Source of the DNA: Candidatus Aminicenantes bacterium
Lineage (GTDB): Bacteria > Acidobacteriota > Aminicenantia > Aminicenantales > Aminicenantaceae
DNA: 38,731 bases
NCBI GenBank assembly: GCA_030627155.1
Contig: DAOUSP010000001.1
Span: 1-38,731 of the forward strand
Direction of reading: 5' to 3'
This document shows positions 1-8,843 of this stretch, piece by piece. Numbering within the stretch: position 1 is the first letter of the stretch; the number at the start of each line of letters is the position of its first letter. A program made the translations under genes and the position numbers. The notes below the pieces were generated by a model, which saw nothing but the letters and a program-made list of their open reading frames with translations, was not told where the DNA came from and made no database searches.

Positions 1-180
1 ATAGGTAATTTCCGTTCGAATATAATCCATGTCGCAGCGCCTGCAGTCTATAAAAACTTTTGGAGCCTTTTCTTTTAATTCTTCAATATTGACCTGTTTA
101 TTTTCCGAATAAATATTTGGAATACAAATAAAAAAACCAACAGTCAGCATGAAGATTGTGAACAAGAGACCTCTCTTCAT
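1..180 (-). CDS. Hypothetical secreted protein; only the N-terminal 60 codons are present because the gene runs off the left edge
   Basis: Reverse-strand ATG at 180-178 with GGAG (plus-strand ctcc, 188-191) 7 nt upstream. The translation MKRGLLFTIFMLTVGFFICIPNIYSENKQVNIEELKEKAPKVFIDCRRCDMDYIRTEITY is signal-peptide-like, and the frame stays open to position 1. Confidence 0.5.
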   Translation of the reverse strand, partial: MKRGLLFTIFMLTVGFFICIPNIYSENKQVNIEELKEKAPKVFIDCRRCDMDYIRTEITY

Positions 181-641
181 TATATTTCTCCTTTCTTTTG
201 CTTTGATTCTTTATAGGGTCACTTCGGTGGACACTTTCCGTGTGAACTATCCACTTTTCTTCTCAATAATTACTTCGAGGGACAATTTCCCCTGACTTCA
301 TCAATTTCCTTCTTTTTAATCAAGAAATAGAAATAGATTATAGCTGGAAATAATTAAATGAAGATTAAATAAAGATTAAAAAATTTTAATATTTTAAAAA
401 TTATTCCCATCATCAACCCTCCTTTTGCTGAAAACAGCTGGCTTCTTACTGTGCCCAAAAATTGTGCAAGGTGTCAGAAATTCAATGAGGTCAATTCATT
501 CAATAAGAAATTGCCTGCTTTTCAACAGCTTTATCCACAGAAATAGCGGAAAAGTTGAAAATCTTAAAGCGTCCCCAAGCATCATCATCAATGGATTTGA
601 CTTTTATTTCTTTTCTGATAATAATCTTTCCCTGAGGTTCC

Positions 642-1643
642 GTGAATATAAAAAACACAAGATTACAACATATTGTTGACTGCTTTTCAGGGAAAAAGAT
701 AGCTGTTTGGGGAGATTTCATTCTGGATGAATATCTTTACGGCACAACCCGCCGCATCTCAAGAGAAGCTCCAGTATTGGTACTTTCTTATAAAAATACA
801 GACTTATATCTTGGAGGAGCAGGAAACGCACTTCTAAACCTGAAGGATTTAGGAGCAGTCCCCTTGCCTGTTAGTGTCATTGGAAATGATACCGCGGGCA
901 GGGAAATAATAAAAAGGTTGAAATCAAAGGGAATTAATACAGATTATATAGTCATTGACAAAGATTTCACTACTCCAGTAAAGACCAGAATCTTAGCAGG
1001 AGAAGAAACAGCAAAAAAACAGCAAATTCTACGCATCGACCACGAAAAAAAAGTCCGATGGACTCCCCTACTCGAACAAAAAATTCGTACACATCTTGAA
1101 AACTTAGCGGCTCGAGCCCATGCACTTCTAATTTCTGATTATAATTATCATGTTGTCCGGGAAGACCTGTTTCAGGCCATACTTCCATATTATAAGAAAT
1201 CGAATATCCCTGTAACTTTGGATTCCAGATTCAGGATCCTTAATTTCAGGAGCATTACTGCACTTACCCCGAATGAACCTGAAGTTGAACAGGCCCTTCA
1301 AACCGAAATAAATGACAATACTTCAGAACTTAATAAAATCGGAAGAACTCTTTTAAAAAAGACAACTGCCTCTGCTGTTTTAATTACACGCGGTTCAAAA
1401 GGAATGGCTCTTTTCGAGAAAAACAAGCCTGTCACCTATATTCCAATACACGGCACAAGCGATATCGTGGATGTAACTGGTGCAGGTGATACAGTCATAA
1501 GTGTCTTTACATTGGCCCTAACATGTGGAGCCAGCTTTAAAGAAGCTGCTCTTTTATCCAACTTTGCAGGTGGGCTTGTGGTCATGAAAAAAGGAACCGC
1601 CACACTGACACCTGAAGAACTCAAGGAGGCAATCGTTTCTTAA
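642..1643 (+). CDS. hldA: D-glycero-beta-D-manno-heptose-7-phosphate kinase (PfkB family; equivalent to HldE domain I)
   Basis: 333-aa ORF with a GTG start. The N-terminal KKIAVWGDFILDEYLYG and C-terminal DVTGAGDTV motifs are collinear by eye with E. coli HldE domain I. Its stop lies 2 nt before the next ORF. Confidence 0.85.
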   Translation: MNIKNTRLQHIVDCFSGKKIAVWGDFILDEYLYGTTRRISREAPVLVLSYKNTDLYLGGAGNALLNLKDLGAVPLPVSVIGNDTAGREIIKRLKSKGINTDYIVIDKDFTTPVKTRILAGEETAKKQQILRIDHEKKVRWTPLLEQKIRTHLENLAARAHALLISDYNYHVVREDLFQAILPYYKKSNIPVTLDSRFRILNFRSITALTPNEPEVEQALQTEINDNTSELNKIGRTLLKKTTASAVLITRGSKGMALFEKNKPVTYIPIHGTSDIVDVTGAGDTVISVFTLALTCGASFKEAALLSNFAGGLVVMKKGTATLTPEELKEAIVS

Positions 1644-1645
1644 AA

Positions 1646-2134
1646 GTGAAAAAGTTCTATCCCCTTACCCAATTAAAACAAATCATTCAGGATGAAAAGA
1701 AAAAAGGGAACACAATTGTTCTTGCTAATGGATGCTTTGACTTAATCCACGTAGGCCATATCCGTTATTTAAAAGAATCCAGGAAAACAGGCGACATTTT
1801 AGTTGTGGCTTTAAACAACGATTCCTCCGTACGAAAGATTAAAGGCAAGGGCCGGCCAATATTATCTGAATCAGAGCGTATAGAAATATTGTCTTCCTTT
1901 TCCTGCGTTGATTACATCACAACATTTGATGAAACAAATGTGGAGAAGGTTCTCCTTGCTCTGAAACCGCATATCCATGCAAAAGGTTCTGACTACACCA
2001 AAGAAAGTGTTCCTGAAAAAGAAACTGTTCTACGCTATGGAGGAAAGATAGCGATTACAGGGGGGCCAAAGGTTCGATCCACATCTGATATAATAAAAGC
2101 TATCGCCAAAATCGCACTTAAAGAAAAAGAATGA
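1646..2134 (+). CDS. hldC: D-glycero-beta-D-manno-heptose-1-phosphate adenylyltransferase (cytidylyltransferase fold; equivalent to HldE domain II)
   Basis: 162 aa. The NGCFDLIHVGHIRYL (HxGH) motif and the RPILSESERIEIL region are collinear with HldE domain II. The gene is tightly packed between hldA and the GT9 gene. Confidence 0.85.
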   Translation: MKKFYPLTQLKQIIQDEKKKGNTIVLANGCFDLIHVGHIRYLKESRKTGDILVVALNNDSSVRKIKGKGRPILSESERIEILSSFSCVDYITTFDETNVEKVLLALKPHIHAKGSDYTKESVPEKETVLRYGGKIAITGGPKVRSTSDIIKAIAKIALKEKE

Positions 2135-3168
2135 CCATGGACAATTTCTTAATCATCCGGCTGAGCTCACTTGGGGATGTTATTCACACTCTCCCTGCAT
2201 TCGCAGCACTAAGAAAACATTTCCCTGAAGCAAAAATCTCCTGGCTTGTTGAACCTAAAGGCAAAGAAATTCTTGCCTGCGTTCCCGGAATTGACAAGAT
2301 AATCACTGCTCCTCCCAAGCAAAATGCAAGAGACCTTAAAAAATATTGGAAAGATATTCGCTCGATTAGAAACCAATTGAAAAGCAAAAACCTTATAGCA
2401 ATAGACTTCCAGGGATTAATAAAATCTGCTTTTCTCTCTTACTTCTCTGGAGCAAAAACAAGAATCGGTTTTCATAGAAAAAACCTCAAAGAACCTGCTG
2501 CCCGCCTCTTTTATACAGAACACTTGAAAGAAGTCCCTGAAGATAAGCACGTCATCCTGAAAAATTTACGGCTCCTTACTCTTTTAGGCATAAATGAAAA
2601 TAGACTCGAATTTCCGCTTGTGCTGCCTGAAGGACTCATCCATTCTGTAAGAGAAAAATTAAATAAACTCGGATACAGTGGCCAAAAAAAACTTGTCATT
2701 ATCAATGTTGGGGCAGCATGGAAAACAAAAAGATGGTTTCCTGAATCCTGGGCAAAATTTATTCGATTAATGGAAGCAGATGATAATGTATTTTTCCTTA
2801 TTTTATGGGGAAATGATGAAGAAAAAGCAGAAGCAAAAAAACTTAATGAACAAACAGGCATTCCACTTGTACCACCCTTGTCTTTACAAGAAGTAATGGT
2901 CCTTGTTAAGGAATCCTCAGTTGTAATAACCGGTGATACATTTGCCCTACAGGCTGCAAGTGCATTCCTGAAGCCTGTTGTGGCTATTTTTGGTCCAACC
3001 AATCCCAGAAGAAACGGCCCTTTTCACCCACAAAGCCAGGTAGCATTCCACGAACTGAATTGCAGTTATTGTTATAAAAGAAAATGTCAACGTCCGAAAT
3101 GCCTCAAAAAGATTTCCCCAGAAGAAATAGCCGCACTCAGCCGTAAAGCTTTAAAGGAAGACAACTGA
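2131..3168 (+). CDS. waaC: LPS heptosyltransferase, glycosyltransferase family 9 (WaaC-like)
   Basis: 345 aa. IIRLSSLGDVIHTLPA, DFQGLIKSA and EPAARLFY match the remembered E. coli WaaC blocks (SSMGDVLHTLPA, DAQGLVKSA). The ATGA start overlaps the hldC stop. Confidence 0.7.
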   Translation: MTMDNFLIIRLSSLGDVIHTLPAFAALRKHFPEAKISWLVEPKGKEILACVPGIDKIITAPPKQNARDLKKYWKDIRSIRNQLKSKNLIAIDFQGLIKSAFLSYFSGAKTRIGFHRKNLKEPAARLFYTEHLKEVPEDKHVILKNLRLLTLLGINENRLEFPLVLPEGLIHSVREKLNKLGYSGQKKLVIINVGAAWKTKRWFPESWAKFIRLMEADDNVFFLILWGNDEEKAEAKKLNEQTGIPLVPPLSLQEVMVLVKESSVVITGDTFALQAASAFLKPVVAIFGPTNPRRNGPFHPQSQVAFHELNCSYCYKRKCQRPKCLKKISPEEIAALSRKALKEDN

Positions 3169-3169
3169 A

Positions 3170-3712
3170 ATGAATTTAAAAGAAACTCTTTACAGATTGA
3201 GAGTAAGAACAGGAACATTAGGGCTTCTGTTAACTCCTGTTTTTTCTAAACCTACTTTCGATTATCTTCTGGCTGGAATCGGGTTAACTCTGCTTGGGCT
3301 ATTTCTTCGCGCATGGGCCTGCGGCCATCTAAAAAAAGAAGCCGAATTAACAACCTCTGGCCCTTACAAATACTCCAGAAATCCACTTTATTTAGCTAAT
3401 CTGATAATTGGAACAGGGGTAGTTATCGGCTCACAATCCTGGTTCGTAGCAATTTATTTCATTGTGTATTCCCTTACTTTCTACCCTATAATAATCCATA
3501 AGGAAAAAGAAAAAATGATGCGCCTCTTTCCTGAAAAATACAAGGAATACCAAAAAAACACTCCGCTTTTTGCCCCCAGAATCAAACTTTCTCTTTCTGG
3601 TGAAAATAAACCATTTAGCTTGGGGCTCTACAAAAGAAACAAAGAACCCCGCGCATTGATTGGGGGAATACTGTTTTGGTCTGTAATGGCGGCTAAGATG
3701 CTCTTCTTTTAA
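3170..3712 (+). CDS. Polytopic membrane methyltransferase of the ICMT/PEMT type
   Basis: 180 aa with several hydrophobic segments. The SGPYKYSRNPLYLANLIIGTG motif is typical of isoprenylcysteine-carboxyl/phospholipid methyltransferase-family proteins. The start is 1 nt after the waaC stop. Confidence 0.6.
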   Translation: MNLKETLYRLRVRTGTLGLLLTPVFSKPTFDYLLAGIGLTLLGLFLRAWACGHLKKEAELTTSGPYKYSRNPLYLANLIIGTGVVIGSQSWFVAIYFIVYSLTFYPIIIHKEKEKMMRLFPEKYKEYQKNTPLFAPRIKLSLSGENKPFSLGLYKRNKEPRALIGGILFWSVMAAKMLFF

Positions 3713-3780
3713 GGCTAATGCCTCCTGCACCAGATTAAAACGGTTTTGCGTTTCATTAAGTTCTCTGCTATATTTTTTAC

Positions 3781-4356
3781 ATGCCAACAAAGGAAAGAAT
3801 CCAAAAAGTCAAAAATGTTCTTTCTCTGCGTCAGCCAGATTTAAGAGTTGTCCTTGAAGAAGTGACAAACACACACAACGCGAGCGCTGTTGTCAGAACC
3901 TGTGATGCTGCAGGAGTCCTCTATGTTGACATCATCTATTCCCAGCCCATACCTTTTCCAATAAACGAAGCCATATCCACAAGGGCTGAAAAATGGCTGC
4001 ATTTCCAAACATATAAATCACCCAAAGAATGTTTTGATGAACTGAAAAGAAGAGGATTTAAAATCGCTGCCACAAGTCTTTCTGATGACTCAATTCCTTA
4101 CACAGATATAGATTATTCCCAACCAATAGCAATTGTGTTTGGGAATGAATCTGAAGGAATCTCTGACGAGGCTAAAACAATGGCTGATTATTTAATCAAA
4201 ATACCGCTTAATGGAATGGTCCAGAGTTTAAACCTTTCTGTATCCGTTGGAATCATTCTTTATGAAGCTTTAAATCAGCGCAAAAAGAACAACTACAATC
4301 TCAGTCACAAGTTATCTCCTGAAGAATTCAAAAACTTCATGAACAGATGGCTTTAG
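3781..4356 (+). CDS. trmH: SpoU/TrmH-family tRNA (Gm18) 2'-O-methyltransferase
   Basis: 191 aa. RQPDLRVVLEEVTNTHNASAVVRTCDAAGV matches E. coli TrmH ([30 protein letters not shown]), and the C-terminal SLNLSVSVGIILYE is the SPOUT knot region. The gene ends in TAG. Confidence 0.8.
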   Translation: MPTKERIQKVKNVLSLRQPDLRVVLEEVTNTHNASAVVRTCDAAGVLYVDIIYSQPIPFPINEAISTRAEKWLHFQTYKSPKECFDELKRRGFKIAATSLSDDSIPYTDIDYSQPIAIVFGNESEGISDEAKTMADYLIKIPLNGMVQSLNLSVSVGIILYEALNQRKKNNYNLSHKLSPEEFKNFMNRWL

Positions 4357-4361
4357 TATCT

Positions 4362-5846
4362 TTATAACTGCATTTGATAATTTCCCAAAGAACGGGAATA
4401 TTCTTTAAACTCATTTGGAAAATTCCTCATCTTCTTGCTAAACTCAGTTTCTTCTTGCTCCACTTTGATTTTGACTGTTCTACTTTTTTTGTCTCTCAGA
4501 AATTCAATGACAATTGTGTCCCCTTCTTCCTTATCCTGAATCAATTTACTCAATTCACCTACAGTCTCCACACGCTTATTTTCCACCTTAACAATGACAT
4601 CTCCAACCTTCAATCCTGCTTTTTCTGCAGGGCTGTCAGGGGTGACCTTGGCTACCAATAACCCGCGGCCTTCTTTCACCCCAAAAAAATCTGATAGTTC
4701 TCTGCCAAGTTCATTCAAATAAACTCCAATGTATTTACGTTTTTCCAAACCCAAATGCCATTTGAATGTCTTCGGTTGTAAATATTCACGAAGAGTTTTC
4801 GATTGAGGGAAAAGACGTGGGAATTTTCTTTCAAATTCCTTAAAAATTTCTTTTTCTGAATACTCTCCCAACTTCACCTGGATTTCTTTTTCTTTTCCAT
4901 TTCTTTTTATCTTTAAAGTTACGTTTTCACCTGGGCTGTGGCCGCGCACAGCATATGCAAACATCTTGCCGCCTGTGACCTTTTTCTCCTCAAACTCAAG
5001 GATGACATCTCCACGCTGTAGTCCTGCAAGTGAAGCTGGAGACTCTTTTTCCACATTTATGATTTCCACCTGGCCCTCTTCATTATCTGCAATTGAAACA
5101 CCAAGCCATCCTCTTCTAACTTTCCCTTTTTCTTTTATTTCTGTAGCCACTTTTTGCACCAAATCAACAGGAATAGCAAGTGCCATTCCTGATGATGGTG
5201 CCTCAGCAGAGCTAATCACATATCCTGATCCAACAATTTCTTTCTCTTTGAATTCAAAAACAAAAGGTTGGTTATCGTAATAAATTCCCCTCACCAAACC
5301 AACCATTCGGCCTTGATTGTCCACAACAGGACTTCCGCTTGACCCAGGCATCACCCAAACATTCAAACGTAATCTATCTTCAGCAACAGAACTTACAATT
5401 CCCTGTGTTATGGCAGGAGTATTCTCTGGAGAAACGCTGATTACTCCGATCCATTCACCCGGAGACATATCTTTTGCATGCCCTAATTTGATTGGAGGAA
5501 TCTTTTCTTCTACTTTAATAAGTGCCAAATGAGTCACTGAATCCATTCCCAAAAAATCCGCGTTTATCTTCTTTCCGTTTCTGTCTATTACAAATATCTT
5601 TTCATCTCTTGGTGAGATAAGCGCTGTTGTTATAATGTGTCCATCTTTATCAAGAACTACACCAGTGGCGACCCTCCTTGTCCTGTTTCTTGTTTCAACT
5701 TTGACTACTGAAGGATAGACCTTTTTAGCAATATCAGAAATATCTTTTTCGCTGCCGCTTCGAGGAATCGGTTCTGCAAAAAGAGAGAACATGAATGCAG
5801 GTAAAATCACAGCTAATAAAAAAGCTATCTTTTGTTTCTTATGCAT
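4362..5846 (-). CDS. HtrA/DegP-like periplasmic protein with a trypsin-fold domain and two PDZ domains; the catalytic His and Asp positions look substituted
   Basis: 494 aa with an N-terminal signal/TM segment. It has a GSSGSPVV serine motif and two PDZ-like blocks (LAGLQRGDVILEF and AEKAGLKVGDVIVKV). AAGGAGG lies upstream of the ATG. It is the last gene of the sigma/anti-sigma operon. Confidence 0.8.
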   Translation of the reverse strand: MHKKQKIAFLLAVILPAFMFSLFAEPIPRSGSEKDISDIAKKVYPSVVKVETRNRTRRVATGVVLDKDGHIITTALISPRDEKIFVIDRNGKKINADFLGMDSVTHLALIKVEEKIPPIKLGHAKDMSPGEWIGVISVSPENTPAITQGIVSSVAEDRLRLNVWVMPGSSGSPVVDNQGRMVGLVRGIYYDNQPFVFEFKEKEIVGSGYVISSAEAPSSGMALAIPVDLVQKVATEIKEKGKVRRGWLGVSIADNEEGQVEIINVEKESPASLAGLQRGDVILEFEEKKVTGGKMFAYAVRGHSPGENVTLKIKRNGKEKEIQVKLGEYSEKEIFKEFERKFPRLFPQSKTLREYLQPKTFKWHLGLEKRKYIGVYLNELGRELSDFFGVKEGRGLLVAKVTPDSPAEKAGLKVGDVIVKVENKRVETVGELSKLIQDKEEGDTIVIEFLRDKKSRTVKIKVEQEETEFSKKMRNFPNEFKEYSRSLGNYQMQL

Positions 5847-5861
5847 TTTACTTAAACCTCC

Positions 5862-6260
5862 TTAATATATAATTTCTCTGTCGATTTTATCTGAAACCTG
5901 TTCCAGTATATAAATCGGTGGAGGCTCCTGGGAAAGCATTCGGATTTCCCCTAAATAATGAACCGGTTCAGTAATAGGAATGATTATTTCTTTACCGCGT
6001 TCCTCCATCTTCTGGAACTCTGAGGACATCTTTTTTCCTAAAGCCGCCGTCTTAATAGACTCCTTCCTGGGAACTATAAATACATTGATGATAATAAATA
6101 CAGCAGCAAGTGCTGCAAATGCACCTGCAAAAGAGAACTGGAGACGCCTTGCTTTAACTTTCTTCCTTTTCTCAATTTCCAGGTTTCTCCATAGTTTTTG
6201 TTCAAAATCCGGAGGAGCTTTTACTCTTTGCATATTTTGTAAGAGTTTAATTTCATCCAT
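5862..6260 (-). CDS. Putative single-pass anti-sigma factor
   Basis: 132 aa. The start overlaps the stop of the upstream ECF sigma gene by 8 nt. There is one central TM segment (FSFAGAFAALAAVFIIINVFIV). The call rests on position and topology only. Confidence 0.5.
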   Translation of the reverse strand: MDEIKLLQNMQRVKAPPDFEQKLWRNLEIEKRKKVKARRLQFSFAGAFAALAAVFIIINVFIVPRKESIKTAALGKKMSSEFQKMEERGKEIIIPITEPVHYLGEIRMLSQEPPPIYILEQVSDKIDREIIY

Positions 6261-6840
6261 TTTTTGTTTCTCCGTTTTTTGAAAAATAATTTATTTTTGA
6301 TGATGTTCTCTCCAATTCCTTTTTCAAATAAGATCTTCCCCTGCTTATTCTTGCCTTTATCGTACCAACTGGCTTACGAAGCATCTGAGCAATTTCTTCC
6401 TGTGAAAACCCCTCTATATCCTTAAGAATAATTGGAATCCTGTAACGGGAATGAAGTTTATTTAAGGCATGCCTTAAATTTTTAATCAAATCCAGTTTGG
6501 CATTGGTATCAAACGAAGGATTCTCTTCGACAAACATGTTCTGTACATCATCAAATGGTACCAATGACATTTTTCTTGTCTTTTTCATTTCAGTCTTTGC
6601 TAAATTTGAAGCAATCGTATAAATCCATGAGGAAAAAGGTGCAATGGGTTTGTATTTATGGGCCTTAAAATAAACTCTCATGAATGTCTCCTGGGCCAAT
6701 TCCACTGCTTTTTGGTAATCTCCTATCGACTGCCAAAGGAAATTCACTATCCTGTCCTTATATGCACGGACGATCTTTGAAAAAGCCTCTTCATCTCCTT
6801 CTTGCACTCTGCGAATCAGCTCTTGTTCATCCATCCTCAT
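6253..6840 (-). CDS. ECF (group 4) sigma-70 family RNA polymerase sigma factor
   Basis: 195 aa. Region 2 (GDEEAFSKIVRAYKDRIVNFL...AQETFMRVY...FSSWIYTIASN) and region 4 (LKDIEGFSQEEIAQMLRKPVGTIKARISRGR) are both present. Confidence 0.9.
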   Translation of the reverse strand: MRMDEQELIRRVQEGDEEAFSKIVRAYKDRIVNFLWQSIGDYQKAVELAQETFMRVYFKAHKYKPIAPFSSWIYTIASNLAKTEMKKTRKMSLVPFDDVQNMFVEENPSFDTNAKLDLIKNLRHALNKLHSRYRIPIILKDIEGFSQEEIAQMLRKPVGTIKARISRGRSYLKKELERTSSKINYFSKNGETKNG

Positions 6841-7012
6841 CTCCTTGAAACTCTACAGCCCAGAAAATCGTTGCATTCATCTTGACTCATGGTGGCTTAT
6901 TCTCATTTGCAAGTCAAGAAGTTCACAATCATGGAAACTCCTATAGGATTTTCGTTGTTTGATTTGACAGCACATGTTTACAAAAATAAAATGAGGAACA
7001 GTGCTAAATAAT

Positions 7013-7038
7013 GGAACTTTTTTTCCAAAGAATTCGTC
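7013..7038 (+). promoter_or_regulatory. Candidate ECF-type autoregulated promoter (GGAAC-N17-CGTC)
   Basis: GGAAC at 7013-7017 and CGTC at 7035-7038, 17 nt apart, about 17 nt upstream of the GTG start of the plus-strand ECF sigma gene. Confidence 0.4.
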
Positions 7039-7054
7039 TATGAGATTGTGGTAA

Positions 7055-7615
7055 GTGAAAATAAACACAGTTATTCAGGATTGCTTGAAAGGCAAAGAAG
7101 GAGCCTGGAAAATGCTCGTTAATGCGTATTCAAAGAAAGTTTTTAATATGGCATACCAATTTGCTGGAACCTACGAAGAAGCTGAAGACCTGACCCAGGA
7201 AGTTTTTTTCAAGATATATAATTCCCTTCATAAATACAATTTCAGTAAAAATTTTTCTGCCTGGCTCCTTACCCTTGCCAAAAACCATCTCATCGATAGC
7301 TATCGCAGAACAAAATGGGAAAAGAAAAATAGAGAGGAATTCAACGAAGCATCCCTTGATTCAAAGGACTTTGTTTCTCCTGAAAACCACATAGTGATGA
7401 AAGAAATTCAAAAGAAGGTTTGGGAAGGCTTTAACCATCTTTCAGCCGATATTCGCATTGTTATTATCCTTAAGGATATTCAAGGAAAAAAATACGAAGA
7501 AATAGCAGAAATCATGGACCTCCCCATAGGAACGGTAAAATCACGTGCAAACAGGGGAAGGTTGCAATTGGCTAAAATCCTCAAAGAAAAAAAGGAGGAA
7601 AGCAATGACATGTAA
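7055..7615 (+). CDS. ECF sigma-70 family sigma factor
   Basis: 186 aa with a GTG start. KGKEGAWKMLVNAYSKKVFNMA...AEDLTQEVFFKIY is region 2, and LKDIQGKKYEEIAEIMDLPIGTVKSRANRGR is region 4. An alternative ATG at 7112 has a GAAGGAG SD but would delete conserved N-terminal residues. Confidence 0.85.
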   Translation: MKINTVIQDCLKGKEGAWKMLVNAYSKKVFNMAYQFAGTYEEAEDLTQEVFFKIYNSLHKYNFSKNFSAWLLTLAKNHLIDSYRRTKWEKKNREEFNEASLDSKDFVSPENHIVMKEIQKKVWEGFNHLSADIRIVIILKDIQGKKYEEIAEIMDLPIGTVKSRANRGRLQLAKILKEKKEESNDM

Positions 7616-8102
7616 CCAAATCGAAGAGCTTTTATCTCCTTACTTGGATGGGGAGCTGCAGCCGAATAAAAGACACGATGTGGCGGAACATCTAAAAACA
7701 TGCCCTGCTTGCACTGAACTTCTTCATGTCATGGGACAAGCAAAACAAGCGTTGGCTGATTTCCCTCAAAAGGAACTCGATGCGGACTTTATGGAACAAC
7801 TGTATGCTATCCCTCATAAAAAGAAAAAATTCCGAATAAACTTTGATTTTTTCCTTGAGCCATCATTACAGCCAGTCTTCACAGGCATAACGATTATACT
7901 CACGATGATTTCATTCTATATATTCAATCCTGACAGGGACCTTATCAATAAATACATAGAAAGGAATATTCATCTTGGGTATAGCAAAGTTGGAACGTTA
8001 TTCGCTAAGGCCGAGTTTTACTCTGATTCACTCAATGAATATAAGGACAAATTCCTCGTTTCAGTAAAAGACATTCAGCTTTTAAGAAAAGATGAGGATT
8101 AA
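7605..8102 (+). CDS. zf-HC2-type anti-sigma factor (membrane-anchored)
   Basis: ATG at 7605 is preceded by AAGGAGGA (7592-7599) and overlaps the sigma stop. MTCNQIEELLSPYLDGELQPNKRHDVAEHLKTCPACTELL carries the H-x3-C-x2-C signature. There is one TM segment (VFTGITIILTMISFYIF). The track ORF start at 7545 is an in-frame upstream extension inside the sigma gene. Confidence 0.75.
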   Translation: MTCNQIEELLSPYLDGELQPNKRHDVAEHLKTCPACTELLHVMGQAKQALADFPQKELDADFMEQLYAIPHKKKKFRINFDFFLEPSLQPVFTGITIILTMISFYIFNPDRDLINKYIERNIHLGYSKVGTLFAKAEFYSDSLNEYKDKFLVSVKDIQLLRKDED

Positions 8103-8131
8103 ACTAATATAACATAAATATGGAGGACAAA

Positions 8132-8611
8132 ATGGAAGAAAAAGTCACAATTAAGAGGACAACTAAATCACCGGCTATAGCCGGAATCCTTTCCATCTTT
8201 TTCCCAGGAACAGGAGCTCTTTACAACCGGCAGTTTCTCAAGGGAATAATGTTCATAATTATTTTTGCTGGATTAGTTTCCATGCAGCCACATGGAGATG
8301 CACAACCCTTCATAGGGATAATTTTAGCAGGTTTTTACATCTTTCAGATCATCGATGCCATCCAAACAGCAAAATCTATAAACCAGCGGGCGCTCTTGGG
8401 AAAAGAAGAAGAAATAGAAATCGAGGAAGAAGAAGTTGACATCCAATCAGGGTCTGTGTTTTGGGGCGCTTTTCTTATTTTCTTAGGAGGAATTCTACTT
8501 CTCGCTAATTTTGAAGTTATCAGCTATGGTTCATTTTTTAAATTCTGGCCTCTTCTTGTTGTCGGCATCGGCCTAAAATTTATCATCGACTACTATTCTA
8601 AGAATAAATAG
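8132..8611 (+). CDS. Polytopic membrane protein; the C-terminal TM hairpin is paralogous to the next ORF (LiaI/LiaF-TM-like, DUF5668-type)
   Basis: GGAGG at 8122-8126 lies 5 nt before the ATG at 8132; an alternative ATG is at 8120. An acidic linker (EEEIEIEEEEVD) separates the two TM blocks. The C-terminal VFWGAFLIFLGGILLLAN...FWPLLVVGIGL resembles ORF 8632. Confidence 0.6.
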   Translation: MEEKVTIKRTTKSPAIAGILSIFFPGTGALYNRQFLKGIMFIIIFAGLVSMQPHGDAQPFIGIILAGFYIFQIIDAIQTAKSINQRALLGKEEEIEIEEEEVDIQSGSVFWGAFLIFLGGILLLANFEVISYGSFFKFWPLLVVGIGLKFIIDYYSKNK

Positions 8612-8631
8612 ACTCACTCAAGGAGGACAAA

Positions 8632-8841
8632 ATGGCAAAATCTTATAAAAAAGACAAGCTTGCTTGGGGAATTATTCTCATAACAATCGGGCTTATATTC
8701 TTTCTGAACAACATCGGCATAGACTTCTGGGGTTCTATTGCCCGTCTCTGGCCAATCATCCTTATCGTCTGGGGTGTTTGGAAATTATACTTTGGACTAA
8801 AAGAACGCCAAGAAAGCCCGGAGGATATTTCTAAGGATTAA
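8632..8841 (+). CDS. Small two-TM membrane protein (LiaI/LiaF-TM-like, DUF5668-type)
   Basis: 69 aa. It uses the same GGAGGACAAAATGG initiation context as ORF 8132. The motif LAWGIILITIGLIFFLNN...LWPIILIVWGVW is present. Confidence 0.6.
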   Translation: MAKSYKKDKLAWGIILITIGLIFFLNNIGIDFWGSIARLWPIILIVWGVWKLYFGLKERQESPEDISKD

Positions 8842-8843
8842 CC

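Noticed and set aside
425-721. ORFs 425..679 (+) and 500..721 (-) upstream of hldA. The minus-strand tail (GKIIIRKEIKVKSIDDDAWGRFK) looked faintly like the C-terminus of an AbrB/VapB-type antitoxin.
   Set aside because: The minus ORF's N-terminal half overlaps the well-supported hldA start. It has no internal start or SD, and the resemblance is too weak to support. The plus ORF has low-complexity, non-protein-like content.
7545-7604. The track ORF start at 7545 for the anti-sigma factor (185 aa).
   Set aside because: The first 20 codons lie inside the sigma factor gene in another frame and have no SD. The ATG at 7605 has AAGGAGGA upstream and begins the canonical zf-HC2 N-terminus.
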